Of a DNA stretch of 64,000 nt, positions 49,435 through 61,953 are shown piece by piece (positions within the stretch are counted from its first letter, which is position 1; each line of letters begins with the position of its first letter). Source of the stretch: Macrostomum hystrix (lineage: Eukaryota > Animalia > Platyhelminthes); NCBI GenBank assembly GCA_950097015.1, contig CATNEN010000039.1, positions 6,262,001 through 6,326,000 on the forward strand, written 5' to 3'. Both the position numbers and the translations under genes were made by a program. Under the pieces are notes generated by a model, which worked only from the letters and a program-made list of their open reading frames with translations, was not told where the DNA came from and did no database searches.

Positions 49435-52400
49435 ATGGATGCGGACTATCGGTTCAAAATATCATCTGGCCCACCATCTCTGGACTCTGACTCTAATGAT
49501 GGCGCTGATGTAGTTGAAGAGGCTGTGCTCAGTGTGCTCAGTATGCCCCCAAGTAATCAGGAGGACTCTGGCTCTTGTGCTGGCCCAGATGCCATAGAAA
49601 GTTTAACAACAGTCGCAAAAGCAAACGGGACTTCTTGTTCTACTTTCCCAGCTTTTCAGCTTGGCAAATCTGGACAAGAAGATGTTAGCCTTCCATCTGA
49701 GGTGGGCTGCAGCCAAGCTGGCAACAGTGCGACAGTGCCAGACGACTTCGATGACTTTGGCGACTTTGCCGATTTTAACAGTGCTCCGCCACAGGCGTGG
49801 GTGACACCAAGCGACGTTGAAATTTGTCAGCCCGCCAACGCTGCTGCAATGGAAACTGAGGAACAAGTTACAAAACTGGAGCATGGTGTACTAGATAGAG
49901 CTGAGCCTAGCACAAAAGAAGCAGTATTACTTAACGAAAACGGGGCTGAAGAAACGAACAAAATTGATATGAAACTGGGTGTGCAAGCTAAAGCAGAAGT
50001 AATGCTTCGAAAAGAAGCGGAAGCGAAACTAGAGAAGGAAGCGGAAGTAAAACCGGAAGCAGAACCAGAAGAGAAGGCGCATGCAGAACCAGAAGAGAAA
50101 GCGCAAGCAGAACCGGAAGAGAAAGCGCAAGCAGAAGGTGCAGAGAGGGTGCAAGCAGAACCAGAAGAGAAAGCGCAAGCAGAACCAGAAGAGAAACCGC
50201 AAGCAGAACCAGAAGAGAAACCGGAAGCAGAACCAGAAGAGAAACCGCAAGCAGAACCAGAAGAGAAACCGCAAGCAGAATCAGAAGGGAAACCGCAAGC
50301 AGAACCAGAAGGGAAACCGCAAGCAGAAGGTGCAGAGAAGGTGCAAGCAGAACCAGAAGAGAAACCGCAAGCAGAACCGGAAGAGAAAGCGCAAGCAGAA
50401 GGTGCAGAGAAGGCGCAAGCAGAACCAGAAGAGAAAGCGCAAGCAGAAGGTGCAGAGAAGATGCAAGCAGAAGCTGCAGAACCAGAAGAGAAGGCGCAAG
50501 CAGAACCAGAAGAGAAAGTGCAAGCAGAAGGTGCAGAGAAGATGCAAGCAGAAGCTGCAGAACCAGAAGAGAAGGTGCAAGCAGAAGCTGCAGAACCGGA
50601 AGAGAAATCTCAAGCAGAGCTGGAAGAAAAAGCGGAAACAAAACGAGAAGTGAGGGTAGAAGAAAATCTTAAATATAAATCCGAATTACAGAGAAAAGAC
50701 GAGGCAGAAGTGGAATTCGAAGACGTAGCAAAATCTGAAGCGGAATTGGTTAAAGCTGAACCATCCGGAAAAACTGAAACCACGACGGCTCAAAATGTTA
50801 TGCAGGAATGTGTTAACAAGGAAAGAGAATCCGGTCACTCTCAACCGGAAGTTGCGCCAGAAACTGAAGTAGAAGCAGCAACAGAAGATTTCGGCGATTT
50901 TAGAGCTGATTTTCAAGCAGACTTTGCCACTTTTGAATCAACCACTGAGAAAGGCGCCAGCAGTCTCGAAGGAGCCGAAATCGAAAATGACTGGGCTGAG
51001 TTTTCCGATGTTGCCAGCGCTGACAAAGCGAAGGCAGCCGACAACGGCGAATCCAACGCTGACGATGACGAGTTCGGCGACTTTGATTACTTTCAGGGCG
51101 CTGATTCGACGTCTTTCGAGGCGCCGCCGCCCCTGCCTCAGCCTCTCGTTACTCCGGAGCGTCGGTTTCATCGATTGTGCGCCGACCTGCGCTCTGGTCT
51201 CGACCGGCTGCTCGGCGACGCTCTCGCTGACGGATCCGAAGTAGACGACGATGGCCACGACGATCCGGCGATAGATCCGGCCCGATTAGAACAGCTGCTG
51301 CGAGCGGAGAGTGCTGAACAGCTGGAAGATGTGAAGTCCATTGTGACACAGGCTGCCTCCAGGTGGGAATCCGAGTTTGAAGGTTTTTTCTGCCAAAAAA
51401 TAATTAAGCTGATGAATTTGTTTTGTACATCTGAATTATTAACTTAGCATTTATCTATTTGCCATATAAGAGAGCAGAAGCAAGTGTGCCACTGCATTCA
51501 CTGGTCAGTATAAGTCTCAAGACTCCTACTTTTTTACCTAAAGATTCCTTATAGTTTTCCTAGTTTTATGGCGCCTTTTGTTTGATTGTTTTCATAATTT
51601 TGCTGTTAGTATCTATGATACCAGTATAAAACATTTTGTTCAAATTCTAAAAAATTCAAGTTCTAGCTAGTATTGAAATCAATTTTTGCCTCTCTCACCA
51701 AGGTCCCTAAGCTCGATTCCGCGGCGAGGCCACATTAATTTGGGGCGCAGCCGGGGAGACAAGGCTTGGGGCTGTTTACGCCCTTTAAGGCACACTACCG
51801 GTGTACACTACCGGACGATGAGAAAGTCTGGGCAGATTTAATATCCTTTTTTGTTTAATCGATTTCCTTACAAAATAGCGTTTAACCTGCCTTTCCTATA
51901 CGATTCCGACATCCTTCACCAGTTTTTTTAGCATGCATATTTCTATCTACTATTTTAGTCATCCAACAACAACCAACGTTTGGTCCAATCTGATGGATCT
52001 GGAGAACTCGCCAGCTGTCAAGTACCAATGGGCCCAGTCTGCTTTCTACGAGGAGTCGTTAAAAGCTTTAAATATCGATGTTAGAAATGTGGTAAGTATT
52101 GGGACCTGTACCACCGGTTGTAGGATGTGAATAGCAGCTTCAATGGGATGGAAATTCGGGTGGGTGTCCATGGACTGAACGGCTGTACACACTTTGTCGT
52201 TGCTATGCTATAAATAGCAACTTTTAACCCCATTAGATACTATTTTGGTTTTCAACTTCTATTTCAAACTAAGTAACTTCAATTTCGCCCTCCCCGCGGG
52301 TACAAAGTCCTTATTTCACAGAGCGGACGCAAACACAAATCGCTGTGCTGAAGAGACGAAATAAATGTTACTTTTGTGATATTGATTTACCCTAACTTGG

Positions 52401-54942
52401 GCAGGCCGGTCTCGCGGACGAAATTGAAGTTACTAACCGGGTACACACGCGCACTCCCCTCCCCGCGGGCGAAATTGAAGTTACTTAGTTTGAAATAGAA
52501 GTTGAAAACCAATATAGATTTGAAGATAACTGTTACGTTTGAAGAACACGAGGGCACGTATTTGGGTCTAGGAATTGAAGAAGTATTTTGAGCAGCTCCG
52601 AATTCAATTGAGCACGAAGCTCGCTCAGGATCAGGATCAGGAATCGCAGCAAGATTTGAATGAGGAATCGTAGCAGGATAATCAAGTTACTTGAATCGCA
52701 TCAGGGATTGGAGCTTGAATTTAAATAAAGAAAGGCTGCAAGATTTGAGTTTTAGGATTTGAGAAATTAAAGACAAAGACTTATTCTTGCGAAAGAAGGA
52801 TTCGCAAGGATTAGCCAGAATCGCAACTAGACTTTAGCCAGAATCGCACGTAGACTTTAGCCAGAATCGCAGCTAGACTTTAGCCAGAATCGCAGCTAGA
52901 CTTTAGCCAGAATCGCAGCTAGACTTTAGCCAGAATCGCACCTAGACTTTAGCCAGAATCACAGCTAGACTTTAGCCAGAATCGCACCTAGACTTTAGCC
53001 AGAATCGCAGCTAGACTTTAGCCAGAATCGCAGCAATACAAGCCCCCAAGCCTTCTCTACGCAGCAGCGCCCCTAATTAATCTGCCACCGACCCCCGATA
53101 ACATGGGATACCCTTAATGCTATTAGAAACTAGTAGATATTCTTGATTGCAAAATTTATTTTATTCTACAGCTGAACAGCCGCAAGCACGCCTACCCAAT
53201 ATTCGCTGGCCAGCTTGGTCTTCTGGAGCCAACTCCTGTCGCGTCGTCAGCCACGGCCGATGCTGCTGACAACGGCGAGGCGTCGACAGCGCCAGCTACC
53301 GGCGAACTCAATGTGAGTATTTTGTGTATATTTAGTTGGTTTATTGTCTATTGTATAGTATGTACGCAAAAGCTGACCCTAAAAAGGGCCGTTTTACTCT
53401 CACTATATTGGCAGGAGACTACAGAAGCTGGTGCCGCGGCGCAGGCAGCCAGCAGCGTTGACCCGGGGCTGAAATTCGATTGGAGCTCCAGTGGTCTGAC
53501 TAATCCCTTGGACAGTGAGTTGTTATTTTAGCTTAATTGTTTTTCAAATCATTTACAGTTTATTGTAATTGCATTATGCGTAAATGCAGCGAGATTTCTT
53601 GCTTTATTAATCTTCCCTCGCCAGTCTCGGCACTAATGCTTGACTTGGACAACATTGGAAGCGGCCGTCCGTCCACTAGTGGCCGATCAAGAAACTATGG
53701 TAACTCATATGGAGGCTGCTCCGTCATGAACTCTAGTCTTGTTTTTTTATCTGTGGTGTGTTAATTCGAAACTTTTTTCGCTGCTTCCTTTTATTTATTT
53801 TATTTACTGTTCCTTTCGCCTAAGTTATGCTCACTTTTTAGGCTTTAAAGTTTTTATAAAAGATATCCGGCATTGCATGTCAATATTTTTTTAAATCCTT
53901 CTTCGTGTTTGATTTTTATCACTTCCTCAACATAGGACTGAGTCAGGAAGGGCGGGAACACGGACGGAGTCAGGAAGAGCGGAGCGGGGGTTGGGTGGAG
54001 TCAGTAGTGGCGGAGCGGAGGTGGGGTCGAGGCAGGAAGAGCGGAGCGGGGGTTGTGCGGAGTCAGGAAGAGCGGAGCGGGAGTTGTGCGGAGTCAGGAA
54101 GAGCGGAGCGGAGGCGGGATGGAGTCAGGAAGAGCGGAGCGGAGGTGGGTTGAGTCAGGAAGAGCGGAGCGGAGGTTGGGTGGAGTCAGGAGTGCCGGAG
54201 CGGCAGTTGGGTGGAGTCAGGAGTGGCGGAGCGGAGGCGGGGTGGAGTCAGGAAGAGCGGAGCGGAGGCGGGGCGGAGTCAGGAAGAGCGGAGCGGAGGC
54301 GGGATGGAGTCAGGAAGAGCGGAGCGGAGGCGGGGTGGAGTCAATAAGAGTGGAGCGGAGGTGGAGTGGAGTCAAGAAGAGCGGAGCGGGGTTGGGTTGA
54401 AGTCAGGAGTGGCAGAGTAGGGGTGGAGTCTGGAAGATGTAGAGCTGAGCTGGAGCAGCTGTTGGTGATTGGTTTTGATGTTTCAGTGGATAGTTGGATC
54501 ATATATTATTTCATTGACCGAATATAATATTTTCTGTATATGGCGCGCATATTTTCTTGATTTAGTGTTTCTTTCCGAGTTTTTTCTTAAACATTGTGCT
54601 ATTTTTATTTCCTAACTGAATACTCTCTGAGAGTGTCTTAACAGTTTTTGCATCCAACAAAAATTGACAGCAGAGCTCGAAGCAGAATTTCTCGACAGCA
54701 GCGGCGGCGGCGGCGGCGGCAGCAGCAATGGCGGCATCGGTAGCGCCGAGAAGACGTTGAGCAGCCTCATCTCGGCTAGCGCGGCGACGGCACCTGCGCC
54801 CGCTTCGGCCCTGAGCGAGCGCGCCCGGCAGTTTCTGAAACGCCTGCCCGACCTGTCCTACATGCGCGCCAAAGTGCTCATGTTTCCCATGCATCAAAGC
54901 AACAGTGAGAGCTCACTACCCATAACAGACGACTCACCTTAA
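49435..54942 (+). CDS. AFTPH: Aftiphilin (AP-1/clathrin accessory protein), 7 coding exons, ~893 aa
   Basis: Exons 49435-51362, 51471-51503 (tentative), 51959-52091, 53172-53312, 53415-53514, 53625-53699 and 54671-54942 are GT-AG and phase-consistent. Acidic DDFGDF/DWAEF motifs; clathrin-binding region VWSNLMD…YQWAQS…LNIDVRNV|…GLLEPT; FDWSSSGLTNPLD; C-terminal LPDLSYMRAKVLMFP. Confidence 0.94.
50035..50635 (+). repeat. Coding minisatellite in AFTPH exon 1 (24-bp unit, EPEEKAQA/EGAEKVQA)
   Basis: About 23 in-frame 8-aa units, some extended to 11 aa. Confidence 0.9.
52243..52514. mobile_element. MITE with ~50-bp TIRs and probable TA TSD, in an AFTPH intron
   Basis: TTGGTTTTCAACTTCTATTTCAAACTAAGTAACTTCAATTTCGCCC and its reverse complement at ~52467-52512, flanked by TA. 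Confidence 0.75.
52811..53033. repeat. 23-bp minisatellite (TTAGCCAGAATCGCAGCTAGACT)n, ~10 copies
   Basis: Direct reading. Confidence 0.93.
53937..54435. repeat. G-rich ~31-bp minisatellite (GGAGTCAGGAAGAGCGGAGCGGAGGCGGGGT)n in the last AFTPH intron
   Basis: About 15 diverged units. Confidence 0.88.
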
Positions 54943-55136
54943 TTCCTAGTATTTTGTGGCAAAATTATCATTTTGTGTTTGTGCAAATGCATTCCGTTTA
55001 TTTATACTTTTATTTTCCAAGTTTAACTCCGAACATCCCACCTAAAACGTACTCGATTTTTCTGCGACCAAGCCGCGACTACTATGTTTCAGTATTTAGG
55101 AGAGAGTTTTTAGTAGTCGAACCCAGGGATCTTCCG

Positions 55137-56662
55137 TCGATTGGTTGACTCGGACTTCTGACATTCAATCGATTGGTTGACTCGGACTTCTGACATTCAA
55201 TCGATTGGTTGACTCGGACTTCTGACATTCAATCGATTGGTTGACTCGGACTTCTGACATTCAATCGATTGGTTGACTCGGACTTCTGACATTCAATCGA
55301 TTGGTTGACTCGGACTTCTGACATTCAATCGATTGGTTGACTCGGACTTCTGACATTCAATCGATTGGTTGACTCGGACTTCTGACATTCAATCGATTGG
55401 TTGACTCGGACTTCTGACATTCAATCGATTGGTTGACTCGGACTTCTGACATTCAATCGATTGGTTGACTCGGACTTCTGACATTCAATCGATTGGTTGA
55501 CTCGGACTTCTGACATTCAATCGATTGGTTGACTCGGACTTCTGACATTCAATCGATTGGTTGACTCGGACTTCTGACATTCAATCGATTGGTTGACTCG
55601 GACTTCTGACATTCAATCGATTGGTTGACTCGAACTTCTGACATTCAATCGATTGGTTGACTCGGACTTCTGACATTCAATCGATTGGTTGACTCGGACT
55701 TCTGACATTCAATCGATTGGTTGACTCGAACTTCTGACATTCAATCGATTGGTTGACTCGAACTTCTGACATTCAATCGATTGGTTGACTCGGACTTCTG
55801 ACATTCAATCGATTGGTTGACTCGAACTTCTGACATTCAATCGATTGGTTGACTCGAACTTCTGACATTCAATCGATTGGTTGACTCGGACTTCTGACAT
55901 TCAATCGATTGGTTGACTCGGACTTCTGACATTCAATCGATTGGTTGACTCGGACTTCTGACATTCAATCGATTGGTTGACTCGGACTTCTGACATTCAA
56001 TCGATTGGTTGACTCGGACTTCTGACATTCAATCGATTGGTTGACTCGAACTTCTGACATTCAATCGATTGGTTGACTCGAACTTCTGACATTCAATCGA
56101 TTGGTTGACTCGGACTTCTGACATTCAATCGATTGGTTGACTCGGACTTCTGACATTCAATCGATTGGTTGACTCGGACTTCTGACATTCAATCGATTGG
56201 TTGACTCGGACTTCTGACATTCAATCGATTGGTTGACTCGGACTTCTGACATTCAATCGATTGGTTGACTCGGACTTCTGACATTCAATCGATTGGTTGA
56301 CTCGGACTTCTGACATTCAATCGATTGGTTGACTCGGACTTCTGACATTCAATCGATTGGTTGACTCGGACTTCTGACATTCAATCGATTGGTTGACTCG
56401 GACTTCTGACATTCAATCGATTGGTTGACTCGGACTTCTGACATTCAATCGATTGGTTGACTCGGACTTCTGACATTCAATCGATTGGTTGACTCGGACT
56501 TCTGACATTCAATCGATTGGTTGACTCGGACTTCTGACATTCAATCGATTGGTTGACTCGGACTTCTGACATTCAATCGATTGGTTGACTCGGACTTCTG
56601 ACATTCAATCGATTGGTTGACTCGGACTTCTGACATTCAATCGATTGGTTGACTCGAACTTC
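55137..56662. repeat. 32-bp minisatellite (TCGATTGGTTGACTCGGACTTCTGACATTCAA)n, ~47 copies, ~200 bp after the AFTPH stop
   Basis: Period 32; a single G/A variant position. Confidence 0.97.
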
Positions 56663-57384
56663 GCACAATCGATCGACTATTTAAATCGAACTTCGCACCA
56701 TCGATCGACACGTATCTTATGTCAAACTCCCTTAGACAATTGCTACTTGCGCTGTGAAACAGGGACCAGTGAAATACTGCTAGTCCCAGATTACCTATGC
56801 CGTTTCCTAATCGTAACCTTCCTAACCTGTTCTCATGACTGAAAAGGTCCCAATGCTGTGGATTTATACTTTTAAGTCCTCTAAATCTGGTGTCAGCATC
56901 ATCGCCGTTGGATGTTTATGTTCTCTGACACCTGTTATGCACACCTGTTGGGATGGGTGTTCCAACACTTCCATGTGCTGAGCATTATAAATATTGACTT
57001 TCCAAATGAATTTAAAATGCCTTTCTAGAGTGTAAATTATAAAATCCTCAGATAATATATATTATAAACTTTTATGTATTTAGAATTGTATAAGTTACAT
57101 TCAGCAGGTAAATTGGCTGTCAGAAACGTATGCCAATTAAACTATTTATTATTGACGTGTTAAAATAAAAATCAATGACGAAATGATTATTGAGTCAGTA
57201 GCCAACATTCCTGCACCCTGTGCGAACATTTTATTTATTATTTCTCTTGTCATTATTATTTTTCTTTATTTTTTATATTTACGAACTTATGAGCTTCACA
57301 TACTACTTCTCAGCTGCTTGGCGCGCCAGGAACTACTGCTTTATATTTGAATCAGTATTCGCCTCCTTGGATTCTTGAGATTTC

Positions 57385-57950
57385 CTATCTGTGATTCTCC
57401 CAAGGTGTGAGATTATCTGCGATTCTCGCAAGGGTGAGATTATCTGAGATTCTCGCAAGGGTGAGATTATCTGAGATTCTCCCAAGGTGTGAGATTATCT
57501 GCGATTCTCGCAAGGGTGAGATTATCTGAGATTCTCGCAAGGGTGATATTATCTGAGATTCTCCCAAGGTGTGAGATTATCTGAGATTCTCACAAGGGTG
57601 AGATTATCTGAGATTCTCGCAAGGGTGAGATTATCTGAGATTCTCCCGAGGTGTGAGATTATCTGAGATTCTCGCAAGGGTGAGATTATCTGAGATTCTC
57701 CTAAAGTGGGAAATTATTTGTGATTCTCTCAAGGTGTGAAATTTTTTGGGATTCTCCCAAGGTGTGAAATCATTTGGGATTCTCCCAAGGTGTGAAATTA
57801 TTTGTGATTCTCCCAAGCTGGGAAATTATTTGTGATTCTCCCAAGGTGTGAAATTTTTTGGGATTCTCCCAAGCTGGGAAATTATCTGTGATTCTCCCAA
57901 GCTGGGAAATTATCCCAGATTTTCTCTGTGTGAACTTATCTAAGATTCTG
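57385..57950. repeat. 27/28-bp minisatellite (GATTATCTGAGATTCTCGCAAGGGTGA)n
   Basis: About 20 units, diverging towards the right. Confidence 0.9.
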
Positions 57951-58780
57951 AGGTGGGAGATTTCCTGAAATTCCAGCTATTCGCTCATTCCTAATAATTT
58001 ATAGACCTACTGGAGGAATGGTGACACCAGTCATTAGATATGCGTGAGAAAGAGCCTGTTGACATGCCCTTCATTTGTTAATAAATTGGTATGCGCATCT
58101 TGTAGTCTTTGATTTGAACAGAACAGCGGTAACTGTTGTTAGTAAACAGTAAAAATATCCCCCCCGGACCATGGAACTCCGCTGGGAAAGCTTCGCGCTT
58201 CGTTTGAATCATCTCGCCAGTTAATAAAACAAACGCTAGTCTATATAGTATCAAGATAGCCCGCTATTTCGTAGTTTCTTACATGCTTTAGCGTGATCGT
58301 CAGGAAATAAAATAGGAGATTTCCAAGAATCATACACGCCAGGCTGCTGCTGTACTTACTGTATTCCACTTGCACCCCCTGAAGCGTGAAAAAATGCTTC
58401 CCATGAAATCGAGATCTGTGTGGCAAGCGCGATGGCAATGGTGATACAGTTTAATATGTGACCAAAGTTCAGTGGAGCCTTTTCTAAATAAACTGTGCAC
58501 TACAGATATTTAATTGTGTTCCTATCTGTAAAATTTTCTATCTATGCTATCTATCTTGTAAAATTTATATTTTACAAGCTCTGGGGCTCTGACATAGTAC
58601 CAGCTAAAGTAACAAGGCAGAACACCTAAAATTAAAAAAAATGGGATACTCGCAATTAAATAAAATCCATAGCACTAAAGCCAGAGCAAGCAACACTTAA
58701 ATTCTATTGGGTATAAAACTAATTCGAGCCCGGAATCGCAGCAAGGTTCGCTGCTTAAATCGCGTCAGGATTTAAGCGAA

Positions 58781-59747
58781 GAATCGCAGCAGTATTTTAA
58801 TCAGGAATCGCAGCAGTATTTTAATCAGGAATCGCAGCAGTATTTTAATCAGGAATCGCAGAAGTATTTTAATCAGGAATCGCAGCAGGATTTGAATCAG
58901 TAATCGTAGCAGTATTTTAATCAGGAATCGCAGTAGGATTTGAATCAGGAATCGCAGCAGTATTTTAATCAGGAATCGCAGCAGTATTTTAATCAGGAAT
59001 CGCAGCAGGATTTGAATCAGGAATCGTAGCAGTATTTTAATCAGGAATCGCAGTAGGATTTAAATCAGGAATCGCAGCAGTATTTTAATCAGGAATCGCA
59101 GTAGGATTTAAATCAGGAATCGCAGCAGTATTTTAATCAGGAATCGCAGCAGGATTCGAATCAGGAATCGCAGCAGTATTTTAACCAGGAATCGCAGCAG
59201 GATTCGAATCAGAAATGGCAGCAGTTTTTTTATCAGGAATCGCAGCAGGATTTGAATCAGGAATCGCAGCAGTATTTTAATCAGGAATGGCAGCAGTATT
59301 TTAATCAGGAATCGCAGCAGGATTTGAATCAGGAATCGCAGCAGTATTTTATTCAGGAATCACAGTAGGATTCGAATCAGGAATCGCAGCAGGATTTGAA
59401 TCAGGAATCGCAGCAGTATTTTAATCAGGAATCGCAGCAGGATTCGAATCAGGAATCGCAGTAGGATTTGAATCAGGAATCGTAGCAGTATTTGAATCAG
59501 GAATCGCAGCAGGATTTTAATCAGGAATCGCAGTAGGATTTGAATCAGGAATCGTAGCAGTATTTTAACCAGGAATCGCAGCAGGATTTTAATCAGGAAT
59601 CGCAGCAGGATTCGTGTCAGGAATCGTAGCAGTATTTTAACCAGGAATCGCAGCAGTATTTTAATCAGGAATCGCAGCAGTATTTTAATCAGGAATCGCA
59701 GCAGGATTTGAATCAGGAATCGCAGCAGGATTTTAATCAGGAATCTT
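58781..59747. repeat. 24-bp minisatellite (AATCAGGAATCGCAGCAG[TATTTT/GATTTG])n, ~40 copies
   Basis: Period 24. Confidence 0.95.
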
Positions 59748-60172
59748 AGTAGGATACGAAATTATAATACGAAATAAGGATCACCAATATTTAAAATTGA
59801 GGATTTGAGAATTAGAAGAGTTTAGCCAGAATCGCAGCTAGACTTCCGCCACCCTTGGCATTTTAAAAAAATATAAAAATAAAAATTAGTAAATGCTAAT
59901 TAAAGAATTTCTCAAAGTATTTTCTTACATTTCTGAATCTAAAAATGCTGGCTCGCAAATTCTTTCCTCAGTTTTGTATCGAAAAAAAACTTTCTGCTGC
60001 ACTCAACATATTTTTTGAGCGAGAAGAGTAAATAAGCTTAAAAAATTTGCTTTTACAGTAGCTATAAATAGCTCTTACTATATATTAACAGTTTGTTGTA
60101 CTCAAAAAACCTAAAAAGAATTATGCAAATCTTCTACTTACGTTTTTAACTGTTGATGATTAAAGGTTACTC

Positions 60173-61420
60173 AAAATCTCATGCTATCCCCTGGAAATTT
60201 CATGTTTTTTTCCTGGAAATCTCATGCTATTCCCTGGAAATCTCATGCTATCCCCTGGAAATCTCATGTTTTTTTCCTGGAAATCTCATGCTATTCCCTG
60301 GAAATCCCATCCTATCCCCTGGAAATCTCATGCTATCCCCTGGAAATCTCATGCTATCCCCTGGAAATCTCATGTTTTTTTCCTGGAAATCTCATGCTAT
60401 TCCCTGGAAATCCCATCCTATCCCCTGGAAATCTCAAGCTATCCCCTGGAAATCTCATGCTATCCCCTGGAAATTTCATGTTTTTTCCTGGAAATCTCAT
60501 GCTATTCCCTGGAAATCCCATCCTATCCGCTGGAACTCTCATGTTTTTTTCCTGGAAATCTCATGCTTGTTCCTTGAAATCTCAAGCTATCCCCTGGAAA
60601 TCTCATGCTATCCCCTGGAAATCTCATGCTATCCCCTGGAAATCTCATGTTTTTTTCCTGGAAATCTCATGCTTGTTCCTGGAAATCTCATGTTTGTTCC
60701 TGGAAATCTCATGCTTGTTCCTGGAAATCTCATGCTTGTTCCAGGAAATCTCATGCTTGTTCCTGGAAATCTCATGCTATCCCCTGGAAATCTCATGCTA
60801 TCCCCTGGAAATCTCATGTTTTTTTCCTGGAAATCTCATGCTATTCCCTGGAAATCCCATCCTATCCCCTGGAAATCTCAAGCTATCCCCTGGAAATCTC
60901 AAGCTATCCCCTGGAAATCTCATGTTTTTTTCCTGGAAATCTCATGCTATTCCCTGGAAATCCCATCCTATCCCCTGGAAATCTCAAGCTATCCCCTGGA
61001 AATCTCATGCTATCCCCTGGAAATCTCATGTTTTTTTCCTGGAAATCTTATGCTTGTTCCTGGAAATCTCATGTTTGTTCCTGGAAATCTCATGCTTGTT
61101 CCTGGAAATCTCATGCTTGTTCCTGGAAATCTCAAGCTATCCCCTGGAAATCTCATGCTATCCCCTGGAAATCTCATGCTATCCCCTGGAAATCTCATGT
61201 TTTTTTCCTGGAAATCTCATGCTTGTTCCTTGAAATCTCATGTTTGTTCCTGGAAATCTCATGCTTGTTCCTGGAAATCTCATGCTTGTTCCAGGAAATC
61301 TCATGCTTGTTCCTGGAAATCTCATGCTATCCCCTGGAAATCTCATGCTATCCCCTGGAAATCTCATGCTATCCCTGGAAATCTCATGCTATCCCTGGAA
61401 ATTTCATGTTTTTTCTTGGA
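60173..61420. repeat. 21/22-bp minisatellite (GGAAATCTCATGCTATCCCCT)n with variant blocks
   Basis: Direct reading; source of the long WKSHAIP and PGNLML ORFs. Confidence 0.95.
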
Positions 61421-61953
61421 AATATGATTCTTTTCTTCGTGAATATTATGTCATTTACGTAATACCTTACGCTTTCCCCAATAAATACGAGTATCATGCC
61501 TTCCCCTGTAAATATAATGTTTTTCTTCATATACCTAATGTCAGATGCTATCCATTGATATAACTTTATAGAGCTATATTCTTTCCTCGGTTTTCCTTTG
61601 AAGTCTTCTGCTCTCAAAATATGGAGCGAAAATTGCTAGCTGCTATGCTCGAAAAACGATTAATTAAATATGGCTGTTTGGTACCCTCTAAACAATTTCT
61701 TTTGCTTTTAACCTAATAACTAATGCAGCAATCCTAAAAAAATATTTAATTAGCGATAATTCGAACAACGCGAGAGCTATACTAAAAAGACGGTAAAATT
61801 TGAAAAGAATAAGGCCATTAGCCATTCTCTAATTATGTTCTTACTTTTGAATCGAATAACGCTGAAATCTACGCGTATGCTCGAAGAGTTTTCATTTACG
61901 AGCCGTATAGTTTTGAATCGAATAATAAAGGTTGTAGTTTTACGGATATAGAG

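Noticed and set aside
49988-50653. Leu-rich, Cys/Phe-rich and Gln/Lys-rich ORFs
   Set aside because: Alternative frames of the AFTPH coding repeat.
53905-54420. SQEERSGG-type ORFs
   Set aside because: Intronic G-rich minisatellite; AFTPH splices cleanly across it.
60153-61563. 424-, 350- and 285-aa ORFs
   Set aside because: Translations of the 21/22-bp array that cycle through all three frames.
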